Positions 9,832-19,452 of a stretch of 64,000 bases of DNA are shown piece after piece (the stretch's first letter is position 1; the number at the start of each line of letters is the position of its first letter). The notes under the pieces were generated by a model that saw nothing but the letters and a program-made list of their open reading frames with translations, was not told the DNA's origin and made no database searches. Origin of the DNA: an uncultured Thermotogae bacterium (GTDB lineage: Bacteria; Thermotogota; Thermotogae; MWEM01); the NCBI GenBank assembly GCA_963667315.1, contig OY763325.1, forward strand, positions 1,669,380-1,733,379, in the 5' to 3' direction. Made by a program: the position numbers and the translations under genes.

Positions 9832-10499
9832 TAAAATTTTTGAAGAAAAACAAAATCATCGCTGTGGCGATCATCGCCTACCTGATTACGCTGATCCTAT
9901 CACCTGAAACCTTTATGAAGGCTTTACAGCAGAATGGCAGCTTCCTGCTTGAAATGCTGGAAGTCCTGCCGCCGGTTCTCGTCATCTCTTCACTCATCAC
10001 CGTCTGGGTGCCAAATGAAATCATCATCAAAGCCTTCGGAAAGACCTCCGGAATGAAGGGGAAGCTGCTGTCGCTTCTCATCGGTGCTTTCTCGGCCGGT
10101 CCCATATACGCCGGATTCCCGGTAGCGAAGACGCTGTTTGACAAGGGTGCAAGCATCGGAAATGTTGTGATCATCCTCAGTGCCTGGGCAGTTATCAAGG
10201 TTCCGATGTACCTCGTAGAGACATCCTTTCTGGGGTCGACTTTTGCCAACACAAGGTATCTGTTAACAATCCCGTTTATCCTTCTACTTGGCTATTTGAT
10301 GCAAAAGGTAATCAAAAAGAACGATATCCCAAACTCAGAAGCGAATCTTGATGCGGAAAATATTTATGAACAATTACCAAAGGTTAATTGTGGTGCCTGC
10401 GGGTATACGGGATGCCATGCATTCGCAAAAGCTGTTTCAATCGGCGATATCCCAATAGAAGATTGTAAAATTCTTTCAAAAAAGTTTCAGCGTTCATAA
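9828..10499 (+). CDS. Membrane permease subunit with C-terminal cytoplasmic CGxCGxxGC cysteine motif (RnfB-N-terminal-like putative Fe-S domain)
   Basis: Hydrophobic core (GxxSAGPIYAGFP), then C-terminal NCGACGYTGCHAFAKAVSIGDIPIEDC resembling the CGQCGYPGC motif at RnfB N-termini. Confidence 0.65.
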   Translation: MIKFLKKNKIIAVAIIAYLITLILSPETFMKALQQNGSFLLEMLEVLPPVLVISSLITVWVPNEIIIKAFGKTSGMKGKLLSLLIGAFSAGPIYAGFPVAKTLFDKGASIGNVVIILSAWAVIKVPMYLVETSFLGSTFANTRYLLTIPFILLLGYLMQKVIKKNDIPNSEANLDAENIYEQLPKVNCGACGYTGCHAFAKAVSIGDIPIEDCKILSKKFQRS

Positions 10500-10501
10500 A
10501 G

Positions 10502-10534
10502 AGAGGCAGGTTAATCCTGCCTCTTAAAAATTTT
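10502..10534. terminator. Bidirectional terminator between permease and pckA
   Basis: AGAGGCAGGttaatCCTGCCTCT followed by TAAAAATTTTG. Confidence 0.6.
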
Positions 10535-10535
10535 G

Positions 10536-12194
10536 TTATTCATCCAGACAAGTCAAGACACTTTTCAGTGATGTGATCGCTTCTTCCGGTAAAGAATTGA
10601 GATTTCCCGCAGCGAGGTTTTTCTGCTCCAGGAAGTTGATTCTGTCGTTCATCCGCTTGATAAACGTATTTTTATATTCTTCATCATTAAAATCCGGGAT
10701 ATACCCTTCAACCGGCATGATTTCAAAGTTGTCGAAACAGGCCCATTTTTCAAATTCAGCTGTCCCCTCGATGATCTTTTCAAGAGATTCCAATGTGACT
10801 TCTTTCGTGACCTTTTTCCATTTAAAATGTCCCGTGTTGAAGATATAACAGTCCACACCCATTGTTTCAAAGAGATCACGGAACCGGATATAGTCATTTT
10901 CAAGATGATAGGTTCTGAAAGGGTTGGCATAGGGTTCGATGACAAGTGCATTGGGATCCACCCCGGGAGCCAGGCGCTCTGCTGAGGTTCGTTTCGTCGC
11001 CAGGGTTGCGCCGAGTGTTGCGGCAAGCTCTGCGTTGGTGATTTTGATAACGGGTGGCAATGTCGGATCTTTCATCAGCCAGACGATCGCATTCACCGGT
11101 TCATCAATCTTGTCAACCCTGTTCTGTGACCAGAGTTTTGATTTGATGGCTCGTCCGTTTCCGTTCCGCATATCTTCGGTGATGATGACAATCCTGCCGT
11201 CTTTATCCCTGATTGCCGCGTTATTCTGAACGGAAAGCAGATAGTCGTTGTCCGGTGAATCAACCGGATAATCCGCCGTCTTATCAAAATATGACGGTTC
11301 CAAGGCAACGGATGATCCGTTTTCTGCCGAGATGATGAAAGCATCGTCATGCAGGACGGTAATATCATATTTCCCGCTGTGTCTCGCATGTGTGATAGTG
11401 GATTTCCCAGAGCCGGAGAGCCCGAACACACCAAGAACAAACTTTCTGCCGTCTTTAAGATTGTATCGTTTCTGCCCTCCGTGACAGGAGGCATACCCGT
11501 TTCTGTTGGCACAACCCCATGCAAGCGTCAATGTTCCCTTTTTAAACTCACCAAAATATCGCATACCGAGTATGGCAGAACAGTTGTGTTCCGAATCGAA
11601 GAATGTGAGTCCAAGCGGATGCTCTTCGTGTTTCCAGTCGGGATCGGAGAACACAAAGATGTCCCCATCACTTTCAAACACCCTGGAATGCCTGTACATC
11701 TCAACGTATTTTTCGTTGATCGGCTGGAAGTTCAGAAGCCAGTTATAAAGGATATTTTCATGCCCTTCGGGGACGAGCAGGTGTGCCCTGACCATAAAAT
11801 CTTCATGTAATCCGATATACGCCTGGGCATGGTACATCTTTCGCGTTCTCGTATGATAGATGGCCTCTCTCAGTTTACCCGCATATTCCTCATCATCCAC
11901 CCCGGCATTCCCGGCGATTCTTCTCGCTGCTGCACATCTTCCCTTGACGGCTCCATCATTAAACAAAAGAACCCGCGAATCCGGATCCAGTCCGAGTTTC
12001 TCGGGTTCAAAAATCTTTACATCTGTTACAATCGTTCCCGGTGAATTCTTCGCCAGATCATACGCCTCTCTCAATGAATTAACGTTGTGTACGTTGTTCC
12101 CGTAAAACGGTGTTTCAATTGTCACTCTGAACTGTGAAAAGATAGGATTCTCTCTGTTCAGTACATCCTGTCCAAATCTTGATATGGTTGCCAC
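10536..12194 (-). CDS. pckA: Phosphoenolpyruvate carboxykinase (ATP)
   Basis: 552 aa; kinase-1a/P-loop GLSGSGKST, characteristic PEPCK-ATP blocks (FNDGAVKGRCAAARR, HNCSAILGMRYFGEFKKG); GGGGGAGG RBS. Confidence 0.93.
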   Translation of the reverse strand: MATISRFGQDVLNRENPIFSQFRVTIETPFYGNNVHNVNSLREAYDLAKNSPGTIVTDVKIFEPEKLGLDPDSRVLLFNDGAVKGRCAAARRIAGNAGVDDEEYAGKLREAIYHTRTRKMYHAQAYIGLHEDFMVRAHLLVPEGHENILYNWLLNFQPINEKYVEMYRHSRVFESDGDIFVFSDPDWKHEEHPLGLTFFDSEHNCSAILGMRYFGEFKKGTLTLAWGCANRNGYASCHGGQKRYNLKDGRKFVLGVFGLSGSGKSTITHARHSGKYDITVLHDDAFIISAENGSSVALEPSYFDKTADYPVDSPDNDYLLSVQNNAAIRDKDGRIVIITEDMRNGNGRAIKSKLWSQNRVDKIDEPVNAIVWLMKDPTLPPVIKITNAELAATLGATLATKRTSAERLAPGVDPNALVIEPYANPFRTYHLENDYIRFRDLFETMGVDCYIFNTGHFKWKKVTKEVTLESLEKIIEGTAEFEKWACFDNFEIMPVEGYIPDFNDEEYKNTFIKRMNDRINFLEQKNLAAGNLNSLPEEAITSLKSVLTCLDE

Positions 12195-12407
12195 AAAAAA
12201 ACCTCCCCCGTAATTTTGTAGTTAAATAAAAGATGGACGGTTCATCCGTCCATCTATATTATAACGCTATTCATTTGATTAAGCAACTTTTAAGACCCGT
12301 TAAGTTATGAGAAGAGGTCCTATTGTTAATTTTTCACATGAATGATTATATCTTTTTCACATTCACAAAATTATGATTGATATTTTTTGCATGTTTCAAG
12401 AATCTAA

Positions 12408-12884
12408 TCAGCTCCAATAAGCCTTCATGCGTTCATCGTACAACTTCTGAATCATATCCCTGTGCCCTTTCTCCCAGTCACTGAGATGATTGAGAACGAA
12501 CTTCGCCCCTTCTTCATCCGTTTCATCAGCAGCCTGTTTATAATATTCCATAAAATCATGTTCGATAAGATAGGCCATTCTTAAAACCGAAATATCAGAA
12601 GCCAGTTCAGCATGTCTTCCAGCCGGAAGTGAAGTCTCTTCCCTATCCGCAAAGATATTTTCTTCATCTTCAAGGATATCCTCTTTTGTGATGCCTTTTT
12701 CGGAAGCTGCCTTTTCCATCAATGCTGAGATATAATCCACATGATCACTTTCCATCTCCGCAAGGTGTTCAAAGAGTTTTTTTACGTCCTTATCCCTTAC
12801 CTTATCGACCTGCGACAGGTAAAACGCCCTCCCATCTTCTTCTCTTGCCAACGCATACTGTAAAATCCCCATTATCTTTGACAT
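12408..12884 (-). CDS. Rubrerythrin-like ferritin-fold diiron protein
   Basis: Start ATG at 12884 with AAGGGGGAAAA RBS (track start 12953 adds 23 unlikely residues); paired E...ExxH motifs (EHLAEMESDH; EHDFMEYY...WEKGH). Confidence 0.7.
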   Translation of the reverse strand: MSKIMGILQYALAREEDGRAFYLSQVDKVRDKDVKKLFEHLAEMESDHVDYISALMEKAASEKGITKEDILEDEENIFADREETSLPAGRHAELASDISVLRMAYLIEHDFMEYYKQAADETDEEGAKFVLNHLSDWEKGHRDMIQKLYDERMKAYWS

Positions 12885-13010
12885 GATTTTCCCCCTTTTA
12901 TTTGTCTTGTACGACCGATTTTGAAAAAAGTCGCATATGGTATAATATAACATGTGGAATTGTTTTTACAAACACACAAAAAAAGACTGGTTAAGGTTTG
13001 GAGGGCTTTG

Positions 13011-15014
13011 ATGAATTCAAAAACTTTTTATGTAACAACTCCCATATATTACGCAACTTCTGCACCTCATATAGGTTCGGCCTATTCGACGATCATCGCA
13101 GATATGATAGCGAGATATAAAAGATTCTGCGGATACGATGTGTACTATCTGACGGGCACGGACGAGCATGGTCAGAAGGTATTGGAGCAGGCTCAGGTTC
13201 AGGGGAAAAACCCTCAGGAATTCTGTGATGAACAGGCGGCAAAATTTATCAATCTCTGGAAAGAGATGGAGATTTCAAATGATGATTTTATCCGAACGAC
13301 CCAGAAGAGACATGAGGATGTTGTCAGTGCTGTTGTACAGAAACTTGTGGATAACGGGGATATATACAAAGGTAAATACGAAGGCTTATATTGTGTTCAT
13401 GATGAGGCATTCTGTACGGAAGAAGATGCCGTCAAACGTGATGGGAAAAAGCTCTGTCCGGATTGTAACAGAGAACTCAAATGGTTCTCTGAAGAAAATT
13501 ATTTCTTCAAATTGTCTAAATACCAGGACAAATTATTAAAACTCTACGAGGAGAAACCGGAATTCACAGAACCTTCGTTCAGAAGAAACGAGATGCTTCA
13601 AATCATAAAAGGCGGACTACATGATCTCAGTATATCCAGGACTTCTTTCGACTGGGGAATCCCTTTACCAAACGATAACGAGCATGTCCTTTATGTATGG
13701 GTGGATGCACTTCTCAACTATATAACGGCACTGGGATACAGTACGGATAAGGATGAACTGTTTAAAAAATACTGGCCGGCTGATCTGCATCTTATCGGAA
13801 AGGAGATCAACAGATTCCATTCCATCATCTGGCCTGCGATCCTGATGGCACTGGATATCCCGCTTCCAAAGAAGGTCTTTGCACATGGATGGTTGACGGT
13901 CAACGGAGAAAAGATCAGTAAGTCCAGGGGAAACGCAATAGACCCGAGATTACTTATGGATGCTTATGGAAAAGATGCCGTTGTCTATTATCTGCTCAGA
14001 GATATCAACTTCGGAAGAGACGGAGATTTCAGCGAAGACAATCTCATCGGACGAATCAACTCGGATCTTGCAAATGATCTCGGCAACCTCGTTCACAGAA
14101 CTACAGCCATGATTAAGCAAAATTTTGACGGTGTAATCCCACAGCCTGAAGGCGAATGTGATGCTCCTGACATTCAGTTGAAAAATGTATTTGAAAACAC
14201 GCTGACGGATTATTTAAACAACATGGATAATTATAAGTTCACACAAGCCCTGGATGCCATCTGGACATTTATCGGATTTGCAAATAAATACATCGACTTG
14301 ACGCAACCCTGGAAACTGGCAAAAGAAGAGGGCAAAAAAGAAAGACTTGCAACGGTATTGTACAATCTCTCGGATGCACTCAGAAATATCGCCCTGTTCC
14401 TCAAACCAATCATGAAAGATACATCTAAGGAAATATTCAGAAGACTCGGAATAAAAGATCAATGGGAAGGAACAACCTATGAACAGCTGAAATGGGAACT
14501 GCTTGAAGGTGGCAGTACAGTTATCAAAGAAAAACCCATCTATCCGAGACTTGACGTGGCAAAGGTCAAAAAGGTCATCATCATGAAAGATCCTGAAGAG
14601 GAAGCTGACAAAGCAGCAGCGAAAGCTGATGCAGCAGAGGCAAGGGCTGATGCAGCGGCAACGAAGGAAGAAAAGATAGAAGGCGTTCAATTAATCGGTT
14701 TTGAAGACTTCACAAAGATTCAGCTCAGAGTAGCCGAGATCGTTGAGGCAGAGCCTGTACCGAAATCAAGAAAATTGATGAAACTACAGCTCGAACTCGG
14801 CGAAGAGGAAAAGCGACAAATCGTTGCGGGCATCTCTCAGCATTACACAGCCGAAGAACTGGTGGGCAAGAAAATCATCGTTGTGGCAAATCTGAAGCCC
14901 GCAAAATTGATGGGTGTACAATCCAATGGCATGTTGCTTGCCGCAAAAGACGGGGAGAATTTCAGATTGTTGACGGCAGATGGACCGATCAACCCCGGAG
15001 CAAAAATATCATAA
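13011..15014 (+). CDS. metG: Methionine--tRNA ligase with C-terminal tRNA-binding (EMAP-like) domain
   Basis: GGAGGG RBS at 13000-13005, ATG 13011; class I HIGH (APHIGSAYST) and KMSKS (KISKSRGN) motifs, zinc knuckle CPDCNREL, C-terminal tRNA-binding domain. Confidence 0.95.
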   Translation: MNSKTFYVTTPIYYATSAPHIGSAYSTIIADMIARYKRFCGYDVYYLTGTDEHGQKVLEQAQVQGKNPQEFCDEQAAKFINLWKEMEISNDDFIRTTQKRHEDVVSAVVQKLVDNGDIYKGKYEGLYCVHDEAFCTEEDAVKRDGKKLCPDCNRELKWFSEENYFFKLSKYQDKLLKLYEEKPEFTEPSFRRNEMLQIIKGGLHDLSISRTSFDWGIPLPNDNEHVLYVWVDALLNYITALGYSTDKDELFKKYWPADLHLIGKEINRFHSIIWPAILMALDIPLPKKVFAHGWLTVNGEKISKSRGNAIDPRLLMDAYGKDAVVYYLLRDINFGRDGDFSEDNLIGRINSDLANDLGNLVHRTTAMIKQNFDGVIPQPEGECDAPDIQLKNVFENTLTDYLNNMDNYKFTQALDAIWTFIGFANKYIDLTQPWKLAKEEGKKERLATVLYNLSDALRNIALFLKPIMKDTSKEIFRRLGIKDQWEGTTYEQLKWELLEGGSTVIKEKPIYPRLDVAKVKKVIIMKDPEEEADKAAAKADAAEARADAAATKEEKIEGVQLIGFEDFTKIQLRVAEIVEAEPVPKSRKLMKLQLELGEEEKRQIVAGISQHYTAEELVGKKIIVVANLKPAKLMGVQSNGMLLAAKDGENFRLLTADGPINPGAKIS

Positions 15015-15041
15015 AATCAGATTATAAAAATAAAAACAAAT

Positions 15042-15075
15042 GCCTGTTCTTTTAAGAACAGGCTGAACGTTTTTG
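15042..15075 (+). terminator. Rho-independent terminator after metG
   Basis: GCCTGTTCTtttaAGAACAGGC followed by TGAACGTTTTT. Confidence 0.6.
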
Positions 15076-15121
15076 ACCTGATACAGATCAGGTCATCATA
15101 AGGATTCGGAGGAAAACATTA

Positions 15122-17590
15122 ATGGCAAAAAAGGACAACGACAAGACACAATCAAGGCCTCTCGAAGAGAGGATCTTCGACAGACCCTTTCACGAGGAGA
15201 TGTCGGAATCATACATAAACTATTCGATGTCGGTTATAGTGGGAAGAGCTATACCGGATGTCAGAGACGGATTAAAACCCGTTCAGAGAAGAATACTTTA
15301 CGGCATGAGAGAACTCAGAAACTGGTATTCTTCACCGCATAAAAAATCAGCAAGAATTATTGGTGAAGTCATGGGAAAATACCATCCACACGGTGATGCA
15401 GCGATATATGATGCACTCGTCAGAATGGCTCAGGATTTCAACCTCAGAGAACCTTTGATCGACCCACAGGGAAACTTCGGATCGATTGACAGGGACCCTG
15501 CAGCTGCCCCAAGATACACAGAAGCCAGATTGGCAAAAATATCCGAAGTGATGCTTGAAGACCTTGACAAAAATACGGTTGATTTCAGACCTAATTTTGA
15601 TGAAACGTTAAAAGAACCGGAAGTTCTTCCTTCCGGAATCCCCAACCTTTTGTTGAACGGAACATCCGGTATTGCCGTGGGTATGGCGACCAATATCCCG
15701 CCACACAACCTCGGAGAACTGATAGATGCCTCCTGTGCTCTGATTGATAATCCCGAGATTGATTCGAAAGGATTACACAACTACGTAAAAGGCCCTGATT
15801 TCCCAACAGGGGGTATCATCATGGGAGATGCTATTCTGGACCAGGTTTACGAACAGGGGACTGGCTCTATCCCTGTCGAAGGGGTCTATGAACTGGAAGA
15901 AAACCGGATCATCATCAACGAAATCCCCTACGCAGTCTGTAAAGCGTCCATGATTAAAAAGATCGCCGATTATTTCAAGAAACAGGAAAAGAAGATGATC
16001 AGGGATATCAGAGATGAGTCGGACAGAAAAGGGATGAGAATCGTCATCGAGATTGCCAGAGGCTCCAACCCAAGAGTCGTTCTCAACCATATCCTGAAGC
16101 ATTCGGATCTCAGAACAACTTTCCCGGTCAAGATGCTGGTCATCGACGAAAAGCGAAAACCAAAGGTCATGAACCTTAAACAGATTCTCACATCCTACAT
16201 CAATCACAGAAGAGAAGTCATCAGAAGAAAGACTGAATACGAACTGGAAGCTGCCAGTAAGCGGGCGCATATCATTGAAGGGTTGATCACCGCTATCCGT
16301 TCGCTGGATACAACGATGGATATTATCAGACACTCTGAAGACAGAACCGATGCGGCTAAAAATCTCGTTGAGACCCTTGAAATCTCCGAAGAGCAGGCAA
16401 AAGCAATCCTTGCGCTCACATTCGGTGCGCTGACATCCATGGAAACGAAGAAACTCAGAGATGAGCTGAAGGAATTAAATATCAAAATAAAAGGGTTGAA
16501 AGAATTATTGGAAGACCCGGAGAAGATGGATGAAAAGATAAAGGAACTGTTGCTTGAAGTGAAAGCCAAATTCGACACACCTCGAAAGACCGTCATCATG
16601 AAGGCCGGCGTAGACAGTGTTGATATAGAGGATCTGGTTGAGGATGATGATATTGTCATAACACTCACCAGCAGAGGATATACGCTCGTTACAGACCTCA
16701 CAAGCTATCGAACACAAAACAGAGGCGGCAGAGGTGCTAAAGGGATCAGAACGCGTGAAGAGGATTTTGCGAGACATATCATGGTTACATCAAGATTGTC
16801 AAATACGATGTTCATCACCTCAAAAGGAAAGGCATACGTCCTGAAGAATTATGAAATAGAAAACGCCTCAAAAGGAACTAAAGGCAAACATATCATGTCC
16901 TATATCAATCTCACCGAAGGTGAGGTTGTCAAGAGTGTCCTTCAGATCGGAAGAGATTTCTCTGAAGAGCAGGATATCATCTTCCTGACAAAAAATGGTA
17001 GAATAAAGAGAACATCACTCTCAGAGTTTAAGAATACCGGTATATCCGGTATCATCGGAATCAAACTCGAAGGTGAAGATGAAGTCGTCGATTGTGTTCT
17101 TCAGAAATCGGAACCGGAAAACACGAATATTTTCATCGGAACATTAAAGGGGATGTCGATAAAGGTTCCGCTCAGCGAAGTCAGACAGATGGGTAGAAAT
17201 ACTCAGGGTGTCAAGGCAATCAATCTCAAAAAGGAAGACAAACTGGTTTCACTCTCGGTAATTGACAGTAAGGAAGAAGGTTTATCGATTCTCACCATCA
17301 CAAAGAACGGACACGGAAAGAGAACGGACATCAACAATTACAGACTGCAGTCAAGAGGTGGCGTCGGAATTAAAAACATGGCATGGGCACCGGCACTTGG
17401 TGAAGTTGTTACCGTTATAGCCGTTGAAGATAATGATGAAGTGATCATGGTTACAAGGAACGGTTATACAATCCGATTCTCGGCTTCGGATATCAGAGTC
17501 ATGGGAAGAGTCACCAGAGGCGTTAAGGTAGCAGATCTCGGAGATGATGATGAGATCATGTCAGTTGAAAGAATCATAGTGGAAGAATGA
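15122..17590 (+). CDS. gyrA: DNA gyrase subunit A
   Basis: 822 aa; AAMRYTE-equivalent active-site block ([12 protein letters not shown]), GyrA-box-containing C-terminal beta-pinwheel repeats; no gyrB adjacent. Confidence 0.95.
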   Translation: MAKKDNDKTQSRPLEERIFDRPFHEEMSESYINYSMSVIVGRAIPDVRDGLKPVQRRILYGMRELRNWYSSPHKKSARIIGEVMGKYHPHGDAAIYDALVRMAQDFNLREPLIDPQGNFGSIDRDPAAAPRYTEARLAKISEVMLEDLDKNTVDFRPNFDETLKEPEVLPSGIPNLLLNGTSGIAVGMATNIPPHNLGELIDASCALIDNPEIDSKGLHNYVKGPDFPTGGIIMGDAILDQVYEQGTGSIPVEGVYELEENRIIINEIPYAVCKASMIKKIADYFKKQEKKMIRDIRDESDRKGMRIVIEIARGSNPRVVLNHILKHSDLRTTFPVKMLVIDEKRKPKVMNLKQILTSYINHRREVIRRKTEYELEAASKRAHIIEGLITAIRSLDTTMDIIRHSEDRTDAAKNLVETLEISEEQAKAILALTFGALTSMETKKLRDELKELNIKIKGLKELLEDPEKMDEKIKELLLEVKAKFDTPRKTVIMKAGVDSVDIEDLVEDDDIVITLTSRGYTLVTDLTSYRTQNRGGRGAKGIRTREEDFARHIMVTSRLSNTMFITSKGKAYVLKNYEIENASKGTKGKHIMSYINLTEGEVVKSVLQIGRDFSEEQDIIFLTKNGRIKRTSLSEFKNTGISGIIGIKLEGEDEVVDCVLQKSEPENTNIFIGTLKGMSIKVPLSEVRQMGRNTQGVKAINLKKEDKLVSLSVIDSKEEGLSILTITKNGHGKRTDINNYRLQSRGGVGIKNMAWAPALGEVVTVIAVEDNDEVIMVTRNGYTIRFSASDIRVMGRVTRGVKVADLGDDDEIMSVERIIVEE

Positions 17591-17596
17591 TCACAC

Positions 17597-17738
17597 TTTT
17601 AAAAGAAAGTGTATGGAAGTTCTGAAAATAGAACTTCAGACTTGAGAAACAAGTCTCATTCATTTAAAGAAAGTATGTGGTAGTTCTGAAAACAGAACAG
17701 ACTTGGGAAGCAAATCTCGAAGTTTCTTTCAGAAACTT
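17597..17738 (+). repeat. Two imperfect ~60-bp tandem repeats, each containing two short stem-loops, plus a third related hairpin
   Basis: Copy 1 17597-17657 and copy 2 17661-17718 align (AAAGAAAGTGTATGGAAGTTCTGAAAATAGAACTTCAGACTTGAGAAACAAGTCTC vs AAAGAAAGTATGTGGTAGTTCTGAAAACAGAAC-AGACTTGGGAAGCAAATCTCG). Internal inverted repeats AGTTCtgaaaataGAACT and GACTTGagaaaCAAGTC; third hairpin AAGTTTCtttcaGAAACTT at 17720-17738. Confidence 0.55.
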
Positions 17739-17789
17739 CACTGTTAATTATAAATAAATGACCATTCACAAATTTAAAGAGGTGAAAAA

Positions 17790-18122
17790 ATGCTTAACTG
17801 GAGAGACGAATCGAATTGGGCAGTTGTAGAGATGAGTGGAGAACTCGATATGGGAAACGCCAACGAATTTAAGAAACAGATTATCGATGAACTTGTCTCA
17901 AAAGGAAATATCAACGTGGCACTCGACTTCACGAAAATGGAATATATCGACAGTTCAGGACTTGGTGTTATCGTCAGCCTTCATAAAAGATGCAAGATCA
18001 ACGGTGGCAGACTTGCCATCTGTGGAATGAATGAGACACTCAGTAGATTATTCAAACTGACATCACTGGACAAGGCACTCAACATATATGCCGACTTTAA
18101 GGATTTAACGGCAAACGGATAA
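17790..18122 (+). CDS. STAS-domain anti-sigma-factor antagonist (SpoIIAA-like)
   Basis: 110 aa; conserved phospho-serine region (EYIDSSGLGVIVSL) and fold pattern; AAAGAGGTG RBS. Confidence 0.8.
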   Translation: MLNWRDESNWAVVEMSGELDMGNANEFKKQIIDELVSKGNINVALDFTKMEYIDSSGLGVIVSLHKRCKINGGRLAICGMNETLSRLFKLTSLDKALNIYADFKDLTANG

Positions 18123-18133
18123 GAGGTAGAGAA

Positions 18134-19144
18134 TTGAAAAAAACAGCGGTTTTTGTATCAATCATTGTTCTGATGTTTCTTTTAACAGGTTGTTTTGTGA
18201 TGGAATATTTTTTCCCGCCAATTGGCGGTTCAACATCAAGACTCGCTATGTATGTGAGTTATAATAAATTGAACCTTGCTGCACATCGCTTGGCGGCAGT
18301 AAAGGTTAATCTGAGTACAGTGGCATTGATGTCCGGGAACACGGTAATTGAGGAAAAAAACCTCAATTCAATTTACACAGTGGACCTCAGACCTGACTTA
18401 AAGATTAACTCTTTTGGAACCCTGTTGCAGGATTTACAACAGAATAATATCGCACAGTTTGACTTTGAAAATGAAAATGACGATGACAAAACAATTTCAA
18501 ATCCGGCTGTACGTCTTGTATTCGATGCCAATGCAACCGCTGTTTATTCTCTTTACGATGAAGTTGAAGAGACGGAAGTCGCTACGGAAATCGCTATGCT
18601 GCTTCCCAATTCAGAATTGACCGTTAGCATTCCGGTAAAAGAACTTACAAACCAGTATAAAAACAAATCGTCACTCTCTTTACCAAAAGGACAGTCTACA
18701 CTGTTTGTTCTGTTAAACCTTGAACGGATTCCGACGTTTACTCAAATCAGTACAGGTGCTCAGCCGTTCGCTTTACAACATGGCTTTATCAACAGTATTT
18801 CTCTTCTGCAAGGTGAGTCCTGTGTTGTTTACGGTAGAGTTGAGGATACTGAATTTGATACGTCAGCGACACTTGAGAGGGGACAGTCATGGACATTATC
18901 TTTCTTCGATTCAATTTTTATCGGAGAAAACGATTTTTCGATTGCTTCATATTCATTGACCTCTATTCCAACGAAAAACCAGGAGTATTATTTTATAGTC
19001 CCGGTAAATAACTATACATCCGATGTATATCTTAGAATTCCAGGGCGTGAAGACGAAGACGATATCAATATTGAAGTCAATTTATCTGACCAGGATAGTG
19101 CTTTATCGGCGGATACCATCTTCTATCCTGAAAAAACGGAATGA
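18134..19144 (+). CDS. Lipoprotein of unknown function
   Basis: TTG start with AAGAGG RBS; signal peptide with lipobox (FLLTGC); acidic, no recognisable domain. Confidence 0.55.
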   Translation: MKKTAVFVSIIVLMFLLTGCFVMEYFFPPIGGSTSRLAMYVSYNKLNLAAHRLAAVKVNLSTVALMSGNTVIEEKNLNSIYTVDLRPDLKINSFGTLLQDLQQNNIAQFDFENENDDDKTISNPAVRLVFDANATAVYSLYDEVEETEVATEIAMLLPNSELTVSIPVKELTNQYKNKSSLSLPKGQSTLFVLLNLERIPTFTQISTGAQPFALQHGFINSISLLQGESCVVYGRVEDTEFDTSATLERGQSWTLSFFDSIFIGENDFSIASYSLTSIPTKNQEYYFIVPVNNYTSDVYLRIPGREDEDDINIEVNLSDQDSALSADTIFYPEKTE

Positions 19145-19452
19145 TTCGAGTGATTTATCCTAAAGAGATTGATCAGGATCAAAAAGGGCCGAGAATAATC
19201 CCTGCACAACGAAAAGTCAATAAAACCGGTAAAAAAAAGAAAAGATCTTTCAATTTTCTTTACTGGTTTGTTGTCATCATTCTGGCTGCCTGGCTCATCT
19301 ATCTGAACATAACGGTGTTTATCGAATACGAAACCGTCCGCGATGAATACACAAAAGTTAAAGAAGAATATGACGAAAAAAAAGAAATACTTAATCAGAA
19401 AATAGAAGAATTTGAGAGGTTAAAAAAACGAGTAGATGAATATGACGAATAA
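19141..19452 (+). CDS. Small bitopic membrane protein with coiled coil (FtsB/DivIC-like septum formation initiator candidate)
   Basis: Start overlaps upstream stop (ATGA); basic N-tail, one TM (FLYWFVVIILAAWLIYL), then heptad-like charged region (EYDEKKEILNQKIEEFERLKKRVDEYDE). Confidence 0.45.
   Translation: MIRVIYPKEIDQDQKGPRIIPAQRKVNKTGKKKKRSFNFLYWFVVIILAAWLIYLNITVFIEYETVRDEYTKVKEEYDEKKEILNQKIEEFERLKKRVDEYDE

Noticed and set aside
9355-10499. Split permease as a pseudogene
   Set aside because: The ATGA start-stop overlap and intact hydrophobic organisation fit a genuine two-gene arrangement equally well. I cannot decide without homolog alignment, so I kept both as CDSs.
10573-12105. Plus-strand ORFs (91-153 aa) antisense to pckA
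   Set aside because: pckA is unambiguous along its whole length. The antisense ORFs lack RBSs and have biased composition.
13168-13539. 123-aa ORF in an alternative frame inside metG
   Set aside because: An overlapping frame within a conserved aminoacyl-tRNA synthetase gene; Arg/Ser-rich artefact.
15773-16701. Minus-strand ORFs of 165-186 aa antisense to gyrA
   Set aside because: Ser-rich translation of the gyrA antisense strand with no independent signals.
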